This document shows, piece by piece, positions 44,107-54,147 of a DNA stretch of 64,000 nucleotides. The notes below the pieces were generated by a model, which was not told the DNA's origin, did not search any database, and saw only the letters and a program-made list of their open reading frames with translations. The position numbers and the translations under genes are program-made. Position 1 is the stretch's first letter. Each line of letters begins with the position of its first letter. The DNA is from Polyangiales bacterium (lineage in GTDB: Bacteria > Myxococcota_A > Polyangia > Polyangiales > Houyiibacteriaceae): NCBI GenBank assembly GCA_041576815.1, contig JBFGKE010000007.1, positions 43,311-107,310 on the forward strand. The letters are read 5' to 3'.

Positions 44107-45240
44107 ATGAAAGGCTGTTTGACTCGCCTCCTGGTCGCGCTGCTCGGCCTCGTCGCCGGCCTCGCGGTCGTACTCTACGCGCGCTACGGCGGGGGCGAGC
44201 CTTATCCCAACCTCAGCGGCACACCGACGTTCGACGAGAGCGCTCTCGAGGTCGTGGTCACGAGCCCGGAGCCGATTGGCAACCTCGCCGTCTCAGCGGA
44301 CGACCGCGTCTTTTACACGATCCATCCGGAGAGCCGGCCGGACGGCGCAAAGCTGCTCGAGTGGGTCGACGGCGCGCCGAAGCCCTTTCCAGACGAGGAC
44401 GCGCAGTCGCTCTTCGAAACACCCCTCGGTGTGGCCATCGATCGGCAGAATCGGCTCTGGACGATCGACCACGGAAACCACGGGACAGGAGCAGCTCGAC
44501 TTCTGGCATTCGATTTGGGGAGCGGCGAGGTCGTCCACGATCACGTGTTCAGCTCGGCAGTCGCTGAGCTCGGCTCATTTCTTCAAGACCTCCAGGTCGA
44601 TTCCACCGGCAAGCACGTTTTCATCGCAGACGTCAGCTTTTGGCGAAAGAATCCCGGCCTCGTGGTCTACGACGTCGAGCAGGAACGCGCGCGGCGCGTG
44701 CTCGAGAGCGATCCGTCGGTGGTGGCGCAGGACTGGCTGATCCGGAACCCCACCAAAGACATGAAGTTCTTTGGCGGGCTCGTCGTGCTCAAGCCCGGTG
44801 TCGACGGCATCGCGATCAGCCGCGACGATCGGTGGATTTGGTACGGCGCGATGACGCACGACACGATGTACCGCGTCAAAGTCCAAGACCTTCTCGACGA
44901 GTCGCTCAGTGCGGGCGCGCTCTCGGCCCGCGTGCAAGCCGTCGGCCAAAAGCCACTCAACGATGGCCTGAGCACCGACGCCGAGGGAAGTGTGCTCATC
45001 ACCGATGTCGAACACGGGTCCGTACTTCGAATGACGCCAGAGGGCGAGCTCGCGACTTTGGTGCGCAGCCCCCGAATCCGCTGGGCCGACGCCCTGAGCT
45101 ATGGCCCAGGCGGCTGGCTCTACGTCGCCGACAGCGCGATCCCCGATCAATTGCTGCGGTCGAAGTCACACATCGAAGCGAACGCCCCGTACCACATCTT
45201 CCGTTTCAAGCCGACTGTCGGCGGCGTCCCGGGGCAATAG
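44107..45240 (+). CDS. Membrane-anchored/secreted beta-propeller protein, major-royal-jelly/yellow-like (tentative)
   Basis: N-terminal TM MKGCLTRLLVALLGLVAGLAVVLY. RLWTIDHGNHG..ARLLAFDL, FLQDLQVD..HVFIADVS..LVVYDV, and GVDGIAISRD resemble the MRJP/yellow repeat logic. The family call is from memory only. Confidence 0.5.
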   Translation: MKGCLTRLLVALLGLVAGLAVVLYARYGGGEPYPNLSGTPTFDESALEVVVTSPEPIGNLAVSADDRVFYTIHPESRPDGAKLLEWVDGAPKPFPDEDAQSLFETPLGVAIDRQNRLWTIDHGNHGTGAARLLAFDLGSGEVVHDHVFSSAVAELGSFLQDLQVDSTGKHVFIADVSFWRKNPGLVVYDVEQERARRVLESDPSVVAQDWLIRNPTKDMKFFGGLVVLKPGVDGIAISRDDRWIWYGAMTHDTMYRVKVQDLLDESLSAGALSARVQAVGQKPLNDGLSTDAEGSVLITDVEHGSVLRMTPEGELATLVRSPRIRWADALSYGPGGWLYVADSAIPDQLLRSKSHIEANAPYHIFRFKPTVGGVPGQ

Positions 45241-45244
45241 AACA

Positions 45245-46213
45245 CTAGCCTCTGTCCGCCTTGAACGGCGTGTACACGATGCTGAAGATCGTCGTCGTGT
45301 CGGTCTTGAAAAGGCCCGCCGGACGGCTGTCGTAAAGCAGCAGGAACCGCGCCTCGAAAGCGAACTTGTCGGCGAACTGCGAGAGCAGCGCGACGTTGAA
45401 ATAGATACGGTTGTCTTGGAACGCCTTGGCATTCATTTGTGCAGGAATCTCGTTCAGATTGCCGATGTAGGTGAGGCCCCACAGAAAACCGACGTGCTCG
45501 TTGATCCGGTTTTCGTAGTCGAGGGCCAGCAGCAAGCCGTGGATGTTGGACGTCTCGGTGAGCACCGTCCCCGCGCCGACCGCTGAATCGGTGTAGTTCT
45601 CGTACGTGTAGCTGTAACCGATGCGGCCGGTGAAGAGATGGTTTTCCTCTTTGACGAACGCGCGCAGGTAGCCGGCGTTCGCCAGAAGCTGGAGATCGAA
45701 GCCTGCCAGCGGGTCCCAGCGAAGACCGAGCGACGCCCAAATCGCATCCATGTCGGTGAAATAGTAGTCGTAGCGCGCGTTGAAAAACCACTGCTTGGCG
45801 ACGGTGCCTATCGAGGAACCGGGCAACGTCACGTCTGGGTTCGCGCGACCGAAGTTGAAAAGCGAGTCGATGGTGAGCCGGTGGTCGTCCTTCGTGAGAA
45901 GCACGGTGGTCCCGGCGTTGAGGTTCCAGGACGAGGTATTGCCGGTGTTGACCGCGCCGCCGGCGCTGAGGGCCCAGTCGACGAGTGGCTTCGTCTTCAT
46001 GGGCGTCACCTCGGCTTCTTCGTCGGGAAGATCGGTCACGTCGGGTGCCTCGGCGAACGCCGCCTCTGATGCCGCTTCGGTCGTCGTGGCTGCGACGTCG
46101 ACGGCGACGCTGTCCGGCATCTCGGCGTCCTGCGCCGCGGCGCGAGTACCCCAGCCCGCAACAGCCAGCGCGGCAGCGACCGGAATGCACCACTGGTTTT
46201 TCGTTCTGCTCAT
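45245..46213 (-). CDS. DUF481-type outer-membrane beta-barrel protein
   Basis: Signal peptide ...AVAGWGTRAAAQD. NTGNTSSWNLNAG, WFFNARYDYYF, and terminal aromatic-rich strands ending IVYTPFKADRG. Confidence 0.65.
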   Translation of the reverse strand: MSRTKNQWCIPVAAALAVAGWGTRAAAQDAEMPDSVAVDVAATTTEAASEAAFAEAPDVTDLPDEEAEVTPMKTKPLVDWALSAGGAVNTGNTSSWNLNAGTTVLLTKDDHRLTIDSLFNFGRANPDVTLPGSSIGTVAKQWFFNARYDYYFTDMDAIWASLGLRWDPLAGFDLQLLANAGYLRAFVKEENHLFTGRIGYSYTYENYTDSAVGAGTVLTETSNIHGLLLALDYENRINEHVGFLWGLTYIGNLNEIPAQMNAKAFQDNRIYFNVALLSQFADKFAFEARFLLLYDSRPAGLFKTDTTTIFSIVYTPFKADRG

Positions 46214-46277
46214 GGTCTCCCCCTTGCAAGTTCACGGAATGCTCACGGTTCGCGTGAGCGTGAGCAAGTTTCCGGCG

Positions 46278-47570
46278 ATGCGTTACCATGCCGCACCCCG
46301 GATGCCGGCACCGACACGACTCGAGCGCGCGGCCTTCATGGCCTGTCTGATTGTCGCCGGAGAAGCGATCTTCAGCCTACCATTTCACTTGGCACGTTTT
46401 TTTCGTCCGACGGTGCTTCGGGTGTTCGAGCTGAGCAATACCGAGCTTGGCACGGCGCAAGCGGTATACGGCGTCGTCGCCATGCTGGCGTACTTCCCCG
46501 GCGGGCTGCTCGCCGATCGCTTTGCAGCAAGACGACTGCTCGTCGGTTCTCTCGCCGCCACGAGCTTCGGAGGAATGTTTCTTGCTACGTTTCCGGCGTA
46601 TCGTGATCTACGCGTGCTCTTCGGCTTCTGGGGGCTGACGACCATCTTGCTGTTTTGGGCTGCGCTGATTCGCGTGACCCGCGAATGGGGCGGTGAGCAC
46701 GAGCAGGGGCGGGCCTATGGGATCCTCGACGGCGGCCGCGGACTTTTTGCGGCTCTACTTGCCGCCGCTGCGCTCGTGCTCTTTCAAACGCTCCTCCCCG
46801 ACGACCCGACTACGGCGACCGAGCTCGCGCGCGAAAGGGCCCTGCGCGGGGTCATCTATGCCTACACGGCCGCGACGGCCACAGCGGCCTTGTTGTGTTG
46901 GTTCTTCGTTCCGGATGCCAACGCGCGCACCGAGAAGGAGCGCGGTGAGGTTTGGGAGCACGTTCGCACCGTCGTGCGTCGCCCGACCGTTTGGCTCCAG
47001 GCGCTGATCGTCGTGTGCGCCTACGTCGGTTACAAGGGTATCGACAACTACGCCGTGTTCGCGGTCGATGGATACGGTATGAACGAGGTGCAGGGGGCGC
47101 GCGTATCGACGATGAGCTCTTGGGTGCGTCCCGTGGCGGCGATTGGCGCAGGTTGGCTCGCCGACCGATTCACGGCCTCACGCATCGCTGCGTTCTGCTT
47201 TGCCACGATGGTCGGTTCGTACGGCTGGCTCGCGCTCACCCCGGCCGGTGCTTCGCAGGCCTGGGTCTTGTACGCCAACGTGCTGATCACCTCGGCCGCG
47301 ATCTTCGGTCTGCGGGGTGTCTATTTCGCATTGTTTCAAGAGGGCGGTCTGGCGCTCGGCGCGACCGGGACGGCCGTCGGGCTCGTTTCATTCATCGGCT
47401 ACACGCCAGATGTGTTCGTTCACCTGGTCGGCGGCTGGCTGCTCGATCGGTCGCCGGGTGTGGCCGGCCACCGACACTTCCTGATGTTTCTCGGAGTGTT
47501 TGCGCTGACTGGCTGGGTCGCGTCGATCGCCTTCCGGCGCACGAGCACCGAGACGCGAAACGCCGAATAG
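46278..47570 (+). CDS. MFS transporter
   Basis: About 12 hydrophobic segments. The YFPGGLLADRFAARRLL loop resembles the MFS D-R/K-x-G-R-R/K motif. ATG at 46278 (46302 also possible). The track start at 45780 overlaps the divergent gene. Confidence 0.8.
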   Translation: MRYHAAPRMPAPTRLERAAFMACLIVAGEAIFSLPFHLARFFRPTVLRVFELSNTELGTAQAVYGVVAMLAYFPGGLLADRFAARRLLVGSLAATSFGGMFLATFPAYRDLRVLFGFWGLTTILLFWAALIRVTREWGGEHEQGRAYGILDGGRGLFAALLAAAALVLFQTLLPDDPTTATELARERALRGVIYAYTAATATAALLCWFFVPDANARTEKERGEVWEHVRTVVRRPTVWLQALIVVCAYVGYKGIDNYAVFAVDGYGMNEVQGARVSTMSSWVRPVAAIGAGWLADRFTASRIAAFCFATMVGSYGWLALTPAGASQAWVLYANVLITSAAIFGLRGVYFALFQEGGLALGATGTAVGLVSFIGYTPDVFVHLVGGWLLDRSPGVAGHRHFLMFLGVFALTGWVASIAFRRTSTETRNAE

Positions 47571-47573
47571 ACC

Positions 47574-48212
47574 CTACTTGTTGGGCTGCGGCGTCATCCG
47601 CAGGTAAGGCCGGAGCTCGGTGTGGCCCTTGGGGAACTTTTTCGCGATCTCGTCGGGGTCGGTAATCGACGGCACGATGACGACATCATCGCCATCTTTC
47701 CAATTTCCCGGCGTCGCGACTTGATGGCTATCGGTGAGCTGAAGGGCGTCGAGCACGCGAAGCACCTCGTCGAAGTTCCTGCCCGTCGCGGGCGGATAGG
47801 TGATCGTCGCGCGCACCTTTCGGTTGGGGTCGATGAAGAACACGGAGCGGACGGTCACCTTCGCATCGGCTTCGGGGTGAATCATGTCGTACAGGTTGGC
47901 AACCTCTTGGTCGGGATCGGCCACGATTGGAAAGTTCATTCGCACGTCCTGCGTGTCCTCGATGTCCTTGATCCATTCGTGGTGGGAGTCGACGGGGTCG
48001 ACGCTGATGGCGAGCGCCTTGGCGCCGCGTTGGGCCAGCTGGTCTTTCAGCTTGGCAGCGAGGCCCAGCTCGGTCGTGCAGACCGGTGTGAAGTCCGCGG
48101 GGTGGGAAAAAAAGATCACCCAGTCGTCGCCCGCCCACTCGTGAAAGCGGATCGGACCTTCGGTGGTGTCCGCCTGGAAATCGGGAGCGATGGTTCCTAG
48201 CCGTAGGCTCAT
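47574..48212 (-). CDS. 1-Cys peroxiredoxin (Prx6-type)
   Basis: GGAGGAAGG SD before ATG 48212. MSLRLGTIAPDF..WVIFFSHPADFTPVCTTELG. Confidence 0.9.
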   Translation of the reverse strand: MSLRLGTIAPDFQADTTEGPIRFHEWAGDDWVIFFSHPADFTPVCTTELGLAAKLKDQLAQRGAKALAISVDPVDSHHEWIKDIEDTQDVRMNFPIVADPDQEVANLYDMIHPEADAKVTVRSVFFIDPNRKVRATITYPPATGRNFDEVLRVLDALQLTDSHQVATPGNWKDGDDVVIVPSITDPDEIAKKFPKGHTELRPYLRMTPQPNK

Positions 48213-48284
48213 TGCCTTCCTCCTTTGGCTTGGGGGGGTTCTCAAGAGACGATAGCGCCGCGCGCCGCGTTTGTAAGCTGGCGG

Positions 48285-49541
48285 CTACGGGTCACGCTCG
48301 AGAATCATGGCCTGGGCCATTGCACCCGCAGCGCAGATGCTGATCAGGCCATACTGGGACCCGCGGCGCTTCATTTCGTTGGCTAGCGTGGTGGCGATCC
48401 GAACGCCGGTCGCCGAAAACGGATGGCCGACGGCGATCGAGCTTCCGAGCTGATTGAGCCTCGACCGGTCGACCGTCCCGATGGGGCTTCGCTTCCAGCC
48501 GAGCTCCCAGGACGCGATGTTGGTCAGGACCTGGCCGGCAAAAGCCTCGTGCATTTCGATGAGATCCATGTCGTCGAGCGACAGGTCAGTCTCGGCAAGC
48601 AGATCCGGCACGGCCAGGCCGGGGCCCATCAAGAGGCCGTCCTTCGGGTCGATCGCGACTTTCTTATAGCCCCGGATGAACGCGAGTGGCTCGCGCCCTT
48701 CCCTCGCGGCCCGGTCCTCGCTCATCAAGACGATCGACGCCGCACCATCGGTGAGCGGGCTCGAATTTCCTGCCGTCAGGGTCCCGCGGGGAGACCTATC
48801 GAACACCGGTTTGAGCTTCGCGAGCTGCTCGAGAGTCGTGTCGGGACGGATCAGGGTGTCGTGATCGATGCCATCGATGGGGACGATTTCGTCCTTGAGC
48901 CGGCCGTCTTCCGTCGCTGCGGCCGCGTTTCGATGACTCGCGAATGCAAGCTCGTCCTGCGACTCGCGGTCGATGTCCCATTCCTTGACGGTGATCTCGG
49001 TGTGCTCGCCCATCGAGAGGCCGGTCGAAGGCTCCACGACGCCGGGGGCATCTGGCTTGAGGTCGCGCGGCCGAAGCGCCGAGAGCGCGTCGATGCGATC
49101 TTTCACCGACCGGGCGTTGGCGAGGTCGACGAAGACCCGGCTGGCCGCCGGCGTGAACAACACCGCTGGGTTGGACATCGATTCGACGCCGCCCGCGATC
49201 CCGATCTCGGCACGCCCTCGGCGAATCGAGTCCGCGATGGCCATGATCGCGGTGGTGCCGGTGATGCAGTTGTCGGTGACCGTCCAAGCCGGCGTCGCCG
49301 AGGGAAGCCGGCTCGCGAACGCCACCTCGCGCGCGAACTGGGGACGACGCGGATCGAGCACCACGATGCCATAGACCATTTCGTCGATCGTCGCTGGAGC
49401 CAAGTCGTGCTTGGAAAGCAGCCCGTCCACCGAGTGGCGCGCCAACTCGAGCGCACCGTAGTCCTTCAGCTTCGTGCCAGCTTTGGCGAACGGGGTTCGG
49501 GCACCTGCAACGATGGCGACGCGAGGGACAGAGTCAGCCAT
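48285..49541 (-). CDS. Acetyl-CoA C-acyltransferase (thiolase, FadA/FadI-like)
   Basis: RVAIVAGARTPFAK, the NCITGTTAI region, NSSPLTDGAA, VGHPFSATG, and ICAAGAMAQAMILE. Confidence 0.9.
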   Translation of the reverse strand: MADSVPRVAIVAGARTPFAKAGTKLKDYGALELARHSVDGLLSKHDLAPATIDEMVYGIVVLDPRRPQFAREVAFASRLPSATPAWTVTDNCITGTTAIMAIADSIRRGRAEIGIAGGVESMSNPAVLFTPAASRVFVDLANARSVKDRIDALSALRPRDLKPDAPGVVEPSTGLSMGEHTEITVKEWDIDRESQDELAFASHRNAAAATEDGRLKDEIVPIDGIDHDTLIRPDTTLEQLAKLKPVFDRSPRGTLTAGNSSPLTDGAASIVLMSEDRAAREGREPLAFIRGYKKVAIDPKDGLLMGPGLAVPDLLAETDLSLDDMDLIEMHEAFAGQVLTNIASWELGWKRSPIGTVDRSRLNQLGSSIAVGHPFSATGVRIATTLANEMKRRGSQYGLISICAAGAMAQAMILERDP

Positions 49542-49672
49542 GGGTCACCTCCAGAGTCGATCCATAGTTTTCCCGCCGGACGATCGCAACCACTTGTGAG
49601 AGACCATACCTTTCGTCACGACGTCACCGCGCGACCTTTGCCGACTTCGTGCCGCATCGTTAAATTGTTTCG

Positions 49673-51121
49673 ATGGTCTTGGGGGATTGGAAACGGACTT
49701 TCGCCGCGCTGCTGGCGGCGTGCTCACTGGGGCTCGCGCAACCACCGACGGCCGCTGCCGAGGTGTTCGCCGGCGGTCCGAATGACGACGTCGAGTCGAT
49801 GATCAACGCGCTCGTGCCAGGAGACGAGCTCGTGCTCTCGGGCGGAACCTACACGTTGAACGAACGTTTTTCTTTCGCGATCGCGGGCACGGAAGAAGCT
49901 CCGATCGTGATTCGCGCGGCGGACGGCGAAACACCGCACTTCCACCGGCCGAACGCGAGCCAGAACATCATCGACATCGACGACGCGGAGCACGTCACGA
50001 TTCGCGGGATCGAGCTCTCGGGTGGGTCGGCCGGGATTCGCATCAGTGGGGCTCGGTTCCTCACGATCGAGGACTGCGAGGTGCACGACACCGGGGACGT
50101 GGCCGTGCGTGCAAACGACTCGGGCGTGACCTACGAATCGCTTCGAATCCTTCGCAACCACATCCACCACACCAACAACACGGGCGAGGGAATGTATCTC
50201 GGTTGCAACAACGGCGGATGCGAGGTCGTCAACAGCCTCGTCGAAGGCAACTACGTCCATCACACGAACCAGCCCTCCGTCAGCCAAGGCGACGGCATCG
50301 AGCTCAAAGAGGGAAGCTTTGGCAACGTAATCCGGGACAATGTGATTCACGACACGAACTACCCCTGCATTCTCACCTACGCCTCGAACGGGCCGCAAAA
50401 CGTGATCGAGCGCAACGTCATGTGGAACTGCGGCGACCACGGCATTCAATCCGCGGCCGATGCAGTGATCCGAAACAACGTCATTTTGAGCGCAGACGTC
50501 GACGGAATCGCCATGCAGCCCCACCAGTCGGGCAGCCCGTCCAATCTCGAGGTCCTTCACAACACGATTCTCGAGGCGGACGGTGATGCGATCAGCCTGC
50601 GGGGCATCTCCGGCCCGGTCGTCGTTGCAAACACCGCGCTGTATGCGCAGTCGGGGAACGCGTTTTACGTGAACGGCGGCATGTCAGGCCTCGTCTTCGA
50701 AGGCAACGTTGGCGTGGGTGGAGTGAGCAACTCGCTTCCGTTCGGCGGCGGCGAGCTCGGCAGCGACCTCGTGAATGCGAGCTATGCTGGAGCACCGCCG
50801 ATGGATGTGTTTCCTGCGGTCGGCAGCGCGCTCGAAGGCGCTGGAAGCGCCGCGCACGTGGTGGTCGACGATTTCAACGGCACTGCTCGGGGCGGAGCGG
50901 CCGACACGGGCGCATATGCGTTCTCCTCGACGGGGAATCCGGGCTGGGCTCTCGCTCCGGGATTCAAAGCATCGACACCGGTTCCGGATCCGGATCCCGG
51001 AACGGGCGGAACCGGCTCGTCGGGATGTAGCGTTGGAAGCCACTCCGGCTGTACTTCCGCCCTTGCGCTCGCTGTGATCCTCGTGACCTTGGTCCGCAGA
51101 CGCCTCGATTACCAACCATAA
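49673..51121 (+). CDS. Secreted right-handed parallel beta-helix protein with MYXO-CTERM-like tail
   Basis: Signal peptide ...AACSLGLAQPPTAAAE. Repeated I(R/E)GxxxxG / NxVxxN rungs (VTIRGIELSGG, LTIEDCEVHDTG, LRNHIHHTNNTG, IRDNVIHDTN, IRNNVILSADVDG). C-terminus SSGCSVGSHSGCTSALALAVILVTLVRRRLDYQP. Confidence 0.8.
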   Translation: MVLGDWKRTFAALLAACSLGLAQPPTAAAEVFAGGPNDDVESMINALVPGDELVLSGGTYTLNERFSFAIAGTEEAPIVIRAADGETPHFHRPNASQNIIDIDDAEHVTIRGIELSGGSAGIRISGARFLTIEDCEVHDTGDVAVRANDSGVTYESLRILRNHIHHTNNTGEGMYLGCNNGGCEVVNSLVEGNYVHHTNQPSVSQGDGIELKEGSFGNVIRDNVIHDTNYPCILTYASNGPQNVIERNVMWNCGDHGIQSAADAVIRNNVILSADVDGIAMQPHQSGSPSNLEVLHNTILEADGDAISLRGISGPVVVANTALYAQSGNAFYVNGGMSGLVFEGNVGVGGVSNSLPFGGGELGSDLVNASYAGAPPMDVFPAVGSALEGAGSAAHVVVDDFNGTARGGAADTGAYAFSSTGNPGWALAPGFKASTPVPDPDPGTGGTGSSGCSVGSHSGCTSALALAVILVTLVRRRLDYQP

Positions 51122-51150
51122 CGAAGCGTCCTTCCGCTACTATCCCGCCC

Positions 51151-52407
51151 GTGGACTCGACGACGATCTTCTGGATCGCCCTGTTCGTGCTGATGTACGG
51201 ACTGGTATCGAAGCGTCTCGAGCGGACGGTCATCACGCCACCGATGGTCTTTGTCACACTCGGGTTGATCTTCGGAGGTAGCGCGTTGAGCGAGCTCGGG
51301 ATGCACGCGGATCGAGGAGCCGTCCACGTGCTTGCGCAGCTCACCCTGGTGCTCGTGCTTTTCGGCGACGCCGCGCGAATCGATCTTCGTGCCCTACGAA
51401 ACGAGCTCGGATTGCCGGTCCGCCTTCTCGCAGTGGGAATGCCTCTGACGATCGTGTCGGGGGTGGCGGTCGCGAAGCTCTTGTTCCCGCAGCTCACCTG
51501 GTTCGAGTGCGCTGCACTCGGCGCGATCCTCGCCCCCACCGATGCCGCCCTCGGGCAAGCGGTCGTCAGGGCGCCCTCGGTGCCTCTTCGGATCCGGCAA
51601 GCGCTCAACGTCGAGAGCGGTCTGAACGATGGAATCGCCCTGCCCATCGTCCTGATCTTCGCAGCGCTCGCCAGCATGGGCGGAGGGGAGGCGCACACCG
51701 CAGCGGAGTGGGTCCGGTTCGCAGCCCTGCAAGTGACGCTTGGACCGATTGCGGGCCTCGTAGTGGCGTGGGTAGGCGGGAGTCTCATCGCCGGGGCCGA
51801 CAGCCGCGGTTGGATGGACGGACGCTTCACCAGACTTACCGGAATCGCGATCGCCCTACTTTCGTTTGCGGGCGCCGAGCTGATCGGCGGTAACGGCTTC
51901 ATCGCGGCGTTCGTCGCGGGCATGACGCTCGGGAATTCTCAGCGCGGTAAGTGCGAGTACCTCTACAACTTTCTCGAAGCCGAAGGCGCGCTGCTCGCGC
52001 TCCTGGTCTTCTTGCTGCTCGGGCTCTTGCTCGCCTGGCCGGCGATTGCCGAAAGCGACGCCCGCATGTGGCTCTACGCGGCGCTGAGCCTCACTGTCAT
52101 CCGCGTCGTCCCCGTCGCGATCTCGTTGGTGGGGAGCGGGCTTCGGCGTCCGAGCATGGTCTTCCTCGGCTGGTTCGGGCCGCGCGGGCTTGCTTCGCTC
52201 TTGTTCGCGATTCTGATCCTCGAGGAAGCAGCGCTCCCCCACGAAGGGCTGGTCTTCAACGTCGTCGTCCTCACGGTGCTGAGCAGCGTATTCGCGCACG
52301 GCATGAGCGCGGCGCCCGCAGCGCGGAAGTACGGCGAGCGAGCGAGCGATGCTCAGGCATGCCCTGCCGAAAACGAAAACGTCATGCCCCACCCGTTGCG
52401 CCGTTGA
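51151..52407 (+). CDS. Cation:proton antiporter (CPA1, Na+/H+ exchanger type)
   Basis: Polytopic. ALGAILAPTDAALGQAVV (the PTD motif of NhaP-type exchangers) and ESGLNDGIALPIV. Confidence 0.85.
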   Translation: MDSTTIFWIALFVLMYGLVSKRLERTVITPPMVFVTLGLIFGGSALSELGMHADRGAVHVLAQLTLVLVLFGDAARIDLRALRNELGLPVRLLAVGMPLTIVSGVAVAKLLFPQLTWFECAALGAILAPTDAALGQAVVRAPSVPLRIRQALNVESGLNDGIALPIVLIFAALASMGGGEAHTAAEWVRFAALQVTLGPIAGLVVAWVGGSLIAGADSRGWMDGRFTRLTGIAIALLSFAGAELIGGNGFIAAFVAGMTLGNSQRGKCEYLYNFLEAEGALLALLVFLLLGLLLAWPAIAESDARMWLYAALSLTVIRVVPVAISLVGSGLRRPSMVFLGWFGPRGLASLLFAILILEEAALPHEGLVFNVVVLTVLSSVFAHGMSAAPAARKYGERASDAQACPAENENVMPHPLRR

Positions 52408-52421
52408 CGGACCCGCACCTG

Positions 52422-53648
52422 CTAGACGTCGAAGCGCGCGCGATACGACGCAAACGTGTCCTCTACGCGGGTTTCGGTGAGACCGTAGTCGGCGATGTCG
52501 TAATCGTGCTCGCCTAGCTGCGCCTTGGGTTCCTCGGCGATCCGCGCGCTGAACCGGTCGGCCAGTGCTCGGTCGAAAGGCAGCCCGAAATGAGTGTAGA
52601 TGTCTTCGACCACGGCGAGCGGGCTCGCATGAAGATCGGGCAGGCGCACGTCGTAAATCTGCGACGATGGCAGCTTGGCTCTTGCGGCCAAACCGCGCTC
52701 GGTGCCGACAAGGGAATACTCGAGCCAGAAGTCGCCAACGTCATGAAGCTCGAGGCTTCGGCGGAACTTGGAGGCTATGCGCGCAGTGAGACTGCACTGC
52801 GACCCGATCGTCTCGACGAGCTCCCGATGCGTCTGAATCACGCGCGCATCCGGATAGACGGTCAGCAGCGCTTGGAGGTTCCACAGATGCCATGGGCACT
52901 TCAGGAGCCAACGTTTCGCAGACCGCTGTGCCCACAAGATCTGAAGCTGGCGGCGGTGCCACTCGTAGGGCTCGATCATGTCCCAGCCCAGCATGTGCGT
53001 CGCGTATTGAAAGTCGCCGAGCCCCACGAATAATTTCATCACCGCCATGTCGTTTTCCAACAAGAAGAAGTCTTCCTCGTACGCGTCGACGGTGACCTGA
53101 TGCGCCTCGGCTTGCTCGGGAATGATGATCTCGTCCATCGCGACCTCGTGGCCGGCACGCCACTTCCGCCAATTTTCGTCGCCCATGAGGTCTGCGACGC
53201 GGCCGACCGGATGCGCAAGCTCCCACATCCGCGCCACGCGGTGGCTGGGATCGGCGGCCAACACGTTGTGCAGATACGTGGTCCCGGTCCGAAACAGACC
53301 AGTGATGACGAGAGGGCGCTCGATTTCGATGCCCGCGATGTTCGGCTGCCGCTTTCGTAGCTCGACGATACGAAGCCGGTTCGAGAGGTGCCAATGAAGG
53401 ACGTACCGAACTCCGAAACGGCCTAGGGTGTTCCAGTCGGTCCGAAGCACGACGTGTACCGTTTCGTCGAGGCGTTGGAGGAGCCCCGCGGCGCTCTCAC
53501 CGTAGTCGTCGAGTCCCGTCATGCGCTCCGCAAGCTTCATCGCCCGACGCGCATCGATCGGAAGGATCACCGTTCGCACGGGATCACCGAGGGCATTCAC
53601 CATCGAAAGAGGAAACGAAGGGCGCATCCATTTGGGTGGTGGGCGCAT
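52422..53648 (-). CDS. Sulfotransferase-family protein (second copy)
   Basis: PLVITGLFRTGTTYLHNVLAAD (5'-PSB loop) and VIQTHRELVETIGS (3'-PB-like). The N-terminal Met choice is uncertain. Confidence 0.7.
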   Translation of the reverse strand: MRPPPKWMRPSFPLSMVNALGDPVRTVILPIDARRAMKLAERMTGLDDYGESAAGLLQRLDETVHVVLRTDWNTLGRFGVRYVLHWHLSNRLRIVELRKRQPNIAGIEIERPLVITGLFRTGTTYLHNVLAADPSHRVARMWELAHPVGRVADLMGDENWRKWRAGHEVAMDEIIIPEQAEAHQVTVDAYEEDFFLLENDMAVMKLFVGLGDFQYATHMLGWDMIEPYEWHRRQLQILWAQRSAKRWLLKCPWHLWNLQALLTVYPDARVIQTHRELVETIGSQCSLTARIASKFRRSLELHDVGDFWLEYSLVGTERGLAARAKLPSSQIYDVRLPDLHASPLAVVEDIYTHFGLPFDRALADRFSARIAEEPKAQLGEHDYDIADYGLTETRVEDTFASYRARFDV

Positions 53649-53695
53649 GTCGGGTCGTCGTAGGAGCGTGCGTGAAAGTGATCTATGCTCGCGGC

Positions 53696-54103
53696 ATGTC
53701 GGTCAAGTTCCCGGTGTGGACGCTTTGGCTCTGTGCGGGCGCCTTTCTAATCACCGGCCTGCTCTTCACCGTGATGCCGCAGAGTATGTTCACCGCAGTT
53801 GCACTCGACGTGCCCGACGGATCGCCGCTGACGGAGCTTCGCGCGGTATACGGCGGCCTGGAGGTGGGTGCCGGTATCTTCCTCGCGCTCTGCGCACGTC
53901 GCGGCGGCGAAGCCATCGAGCTCGGGCTGCTACTCGCCTTTCTGATGCTCGGTGGCCTTGCCGCGTATCGGGCGATCGGCATGGGCATCGACGCCCCGCA
54001 AGTGCCGTTGATGTCCGTGCTTCTCGTTCTCGAATCGGCCGGTGCAGTGCTTGCCGTGTTCGCATTGCTCGCGCTCGGCCGACATGCTCCCGACCGCCCT
54101 TGA
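53696..54103 (+). CDS. Small four-TM integral membrane protein (DUF4345-like, tentative)
   Basis: Four hydrophobic segments (WTLWLCAGAFLITGLLF, GLEVGAGIFLALCA, LGLLLAFLMLGGLAAY, LMSVLLVLESAGAVLAVFALLAL). ATG at 53696 chosen. Confidence 0.55.
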   Translation: MSVKFPVWTLWLCAGAFLITGLLFTVMPQSMFTAVALDVPDGSPLTELRAVYGGLEVGAGIFLALCARRGGEAIELGLLLAFLMLGGLAAYRAIGMGIDAPQVPLMSVLLVLESAGAVLAVFALLALGRHAPDRP

Positions 54104-54147
54104 TCGGCTCGGTTGGAACCGAAGTCTAGTTCCGTCCATGATCGTTC

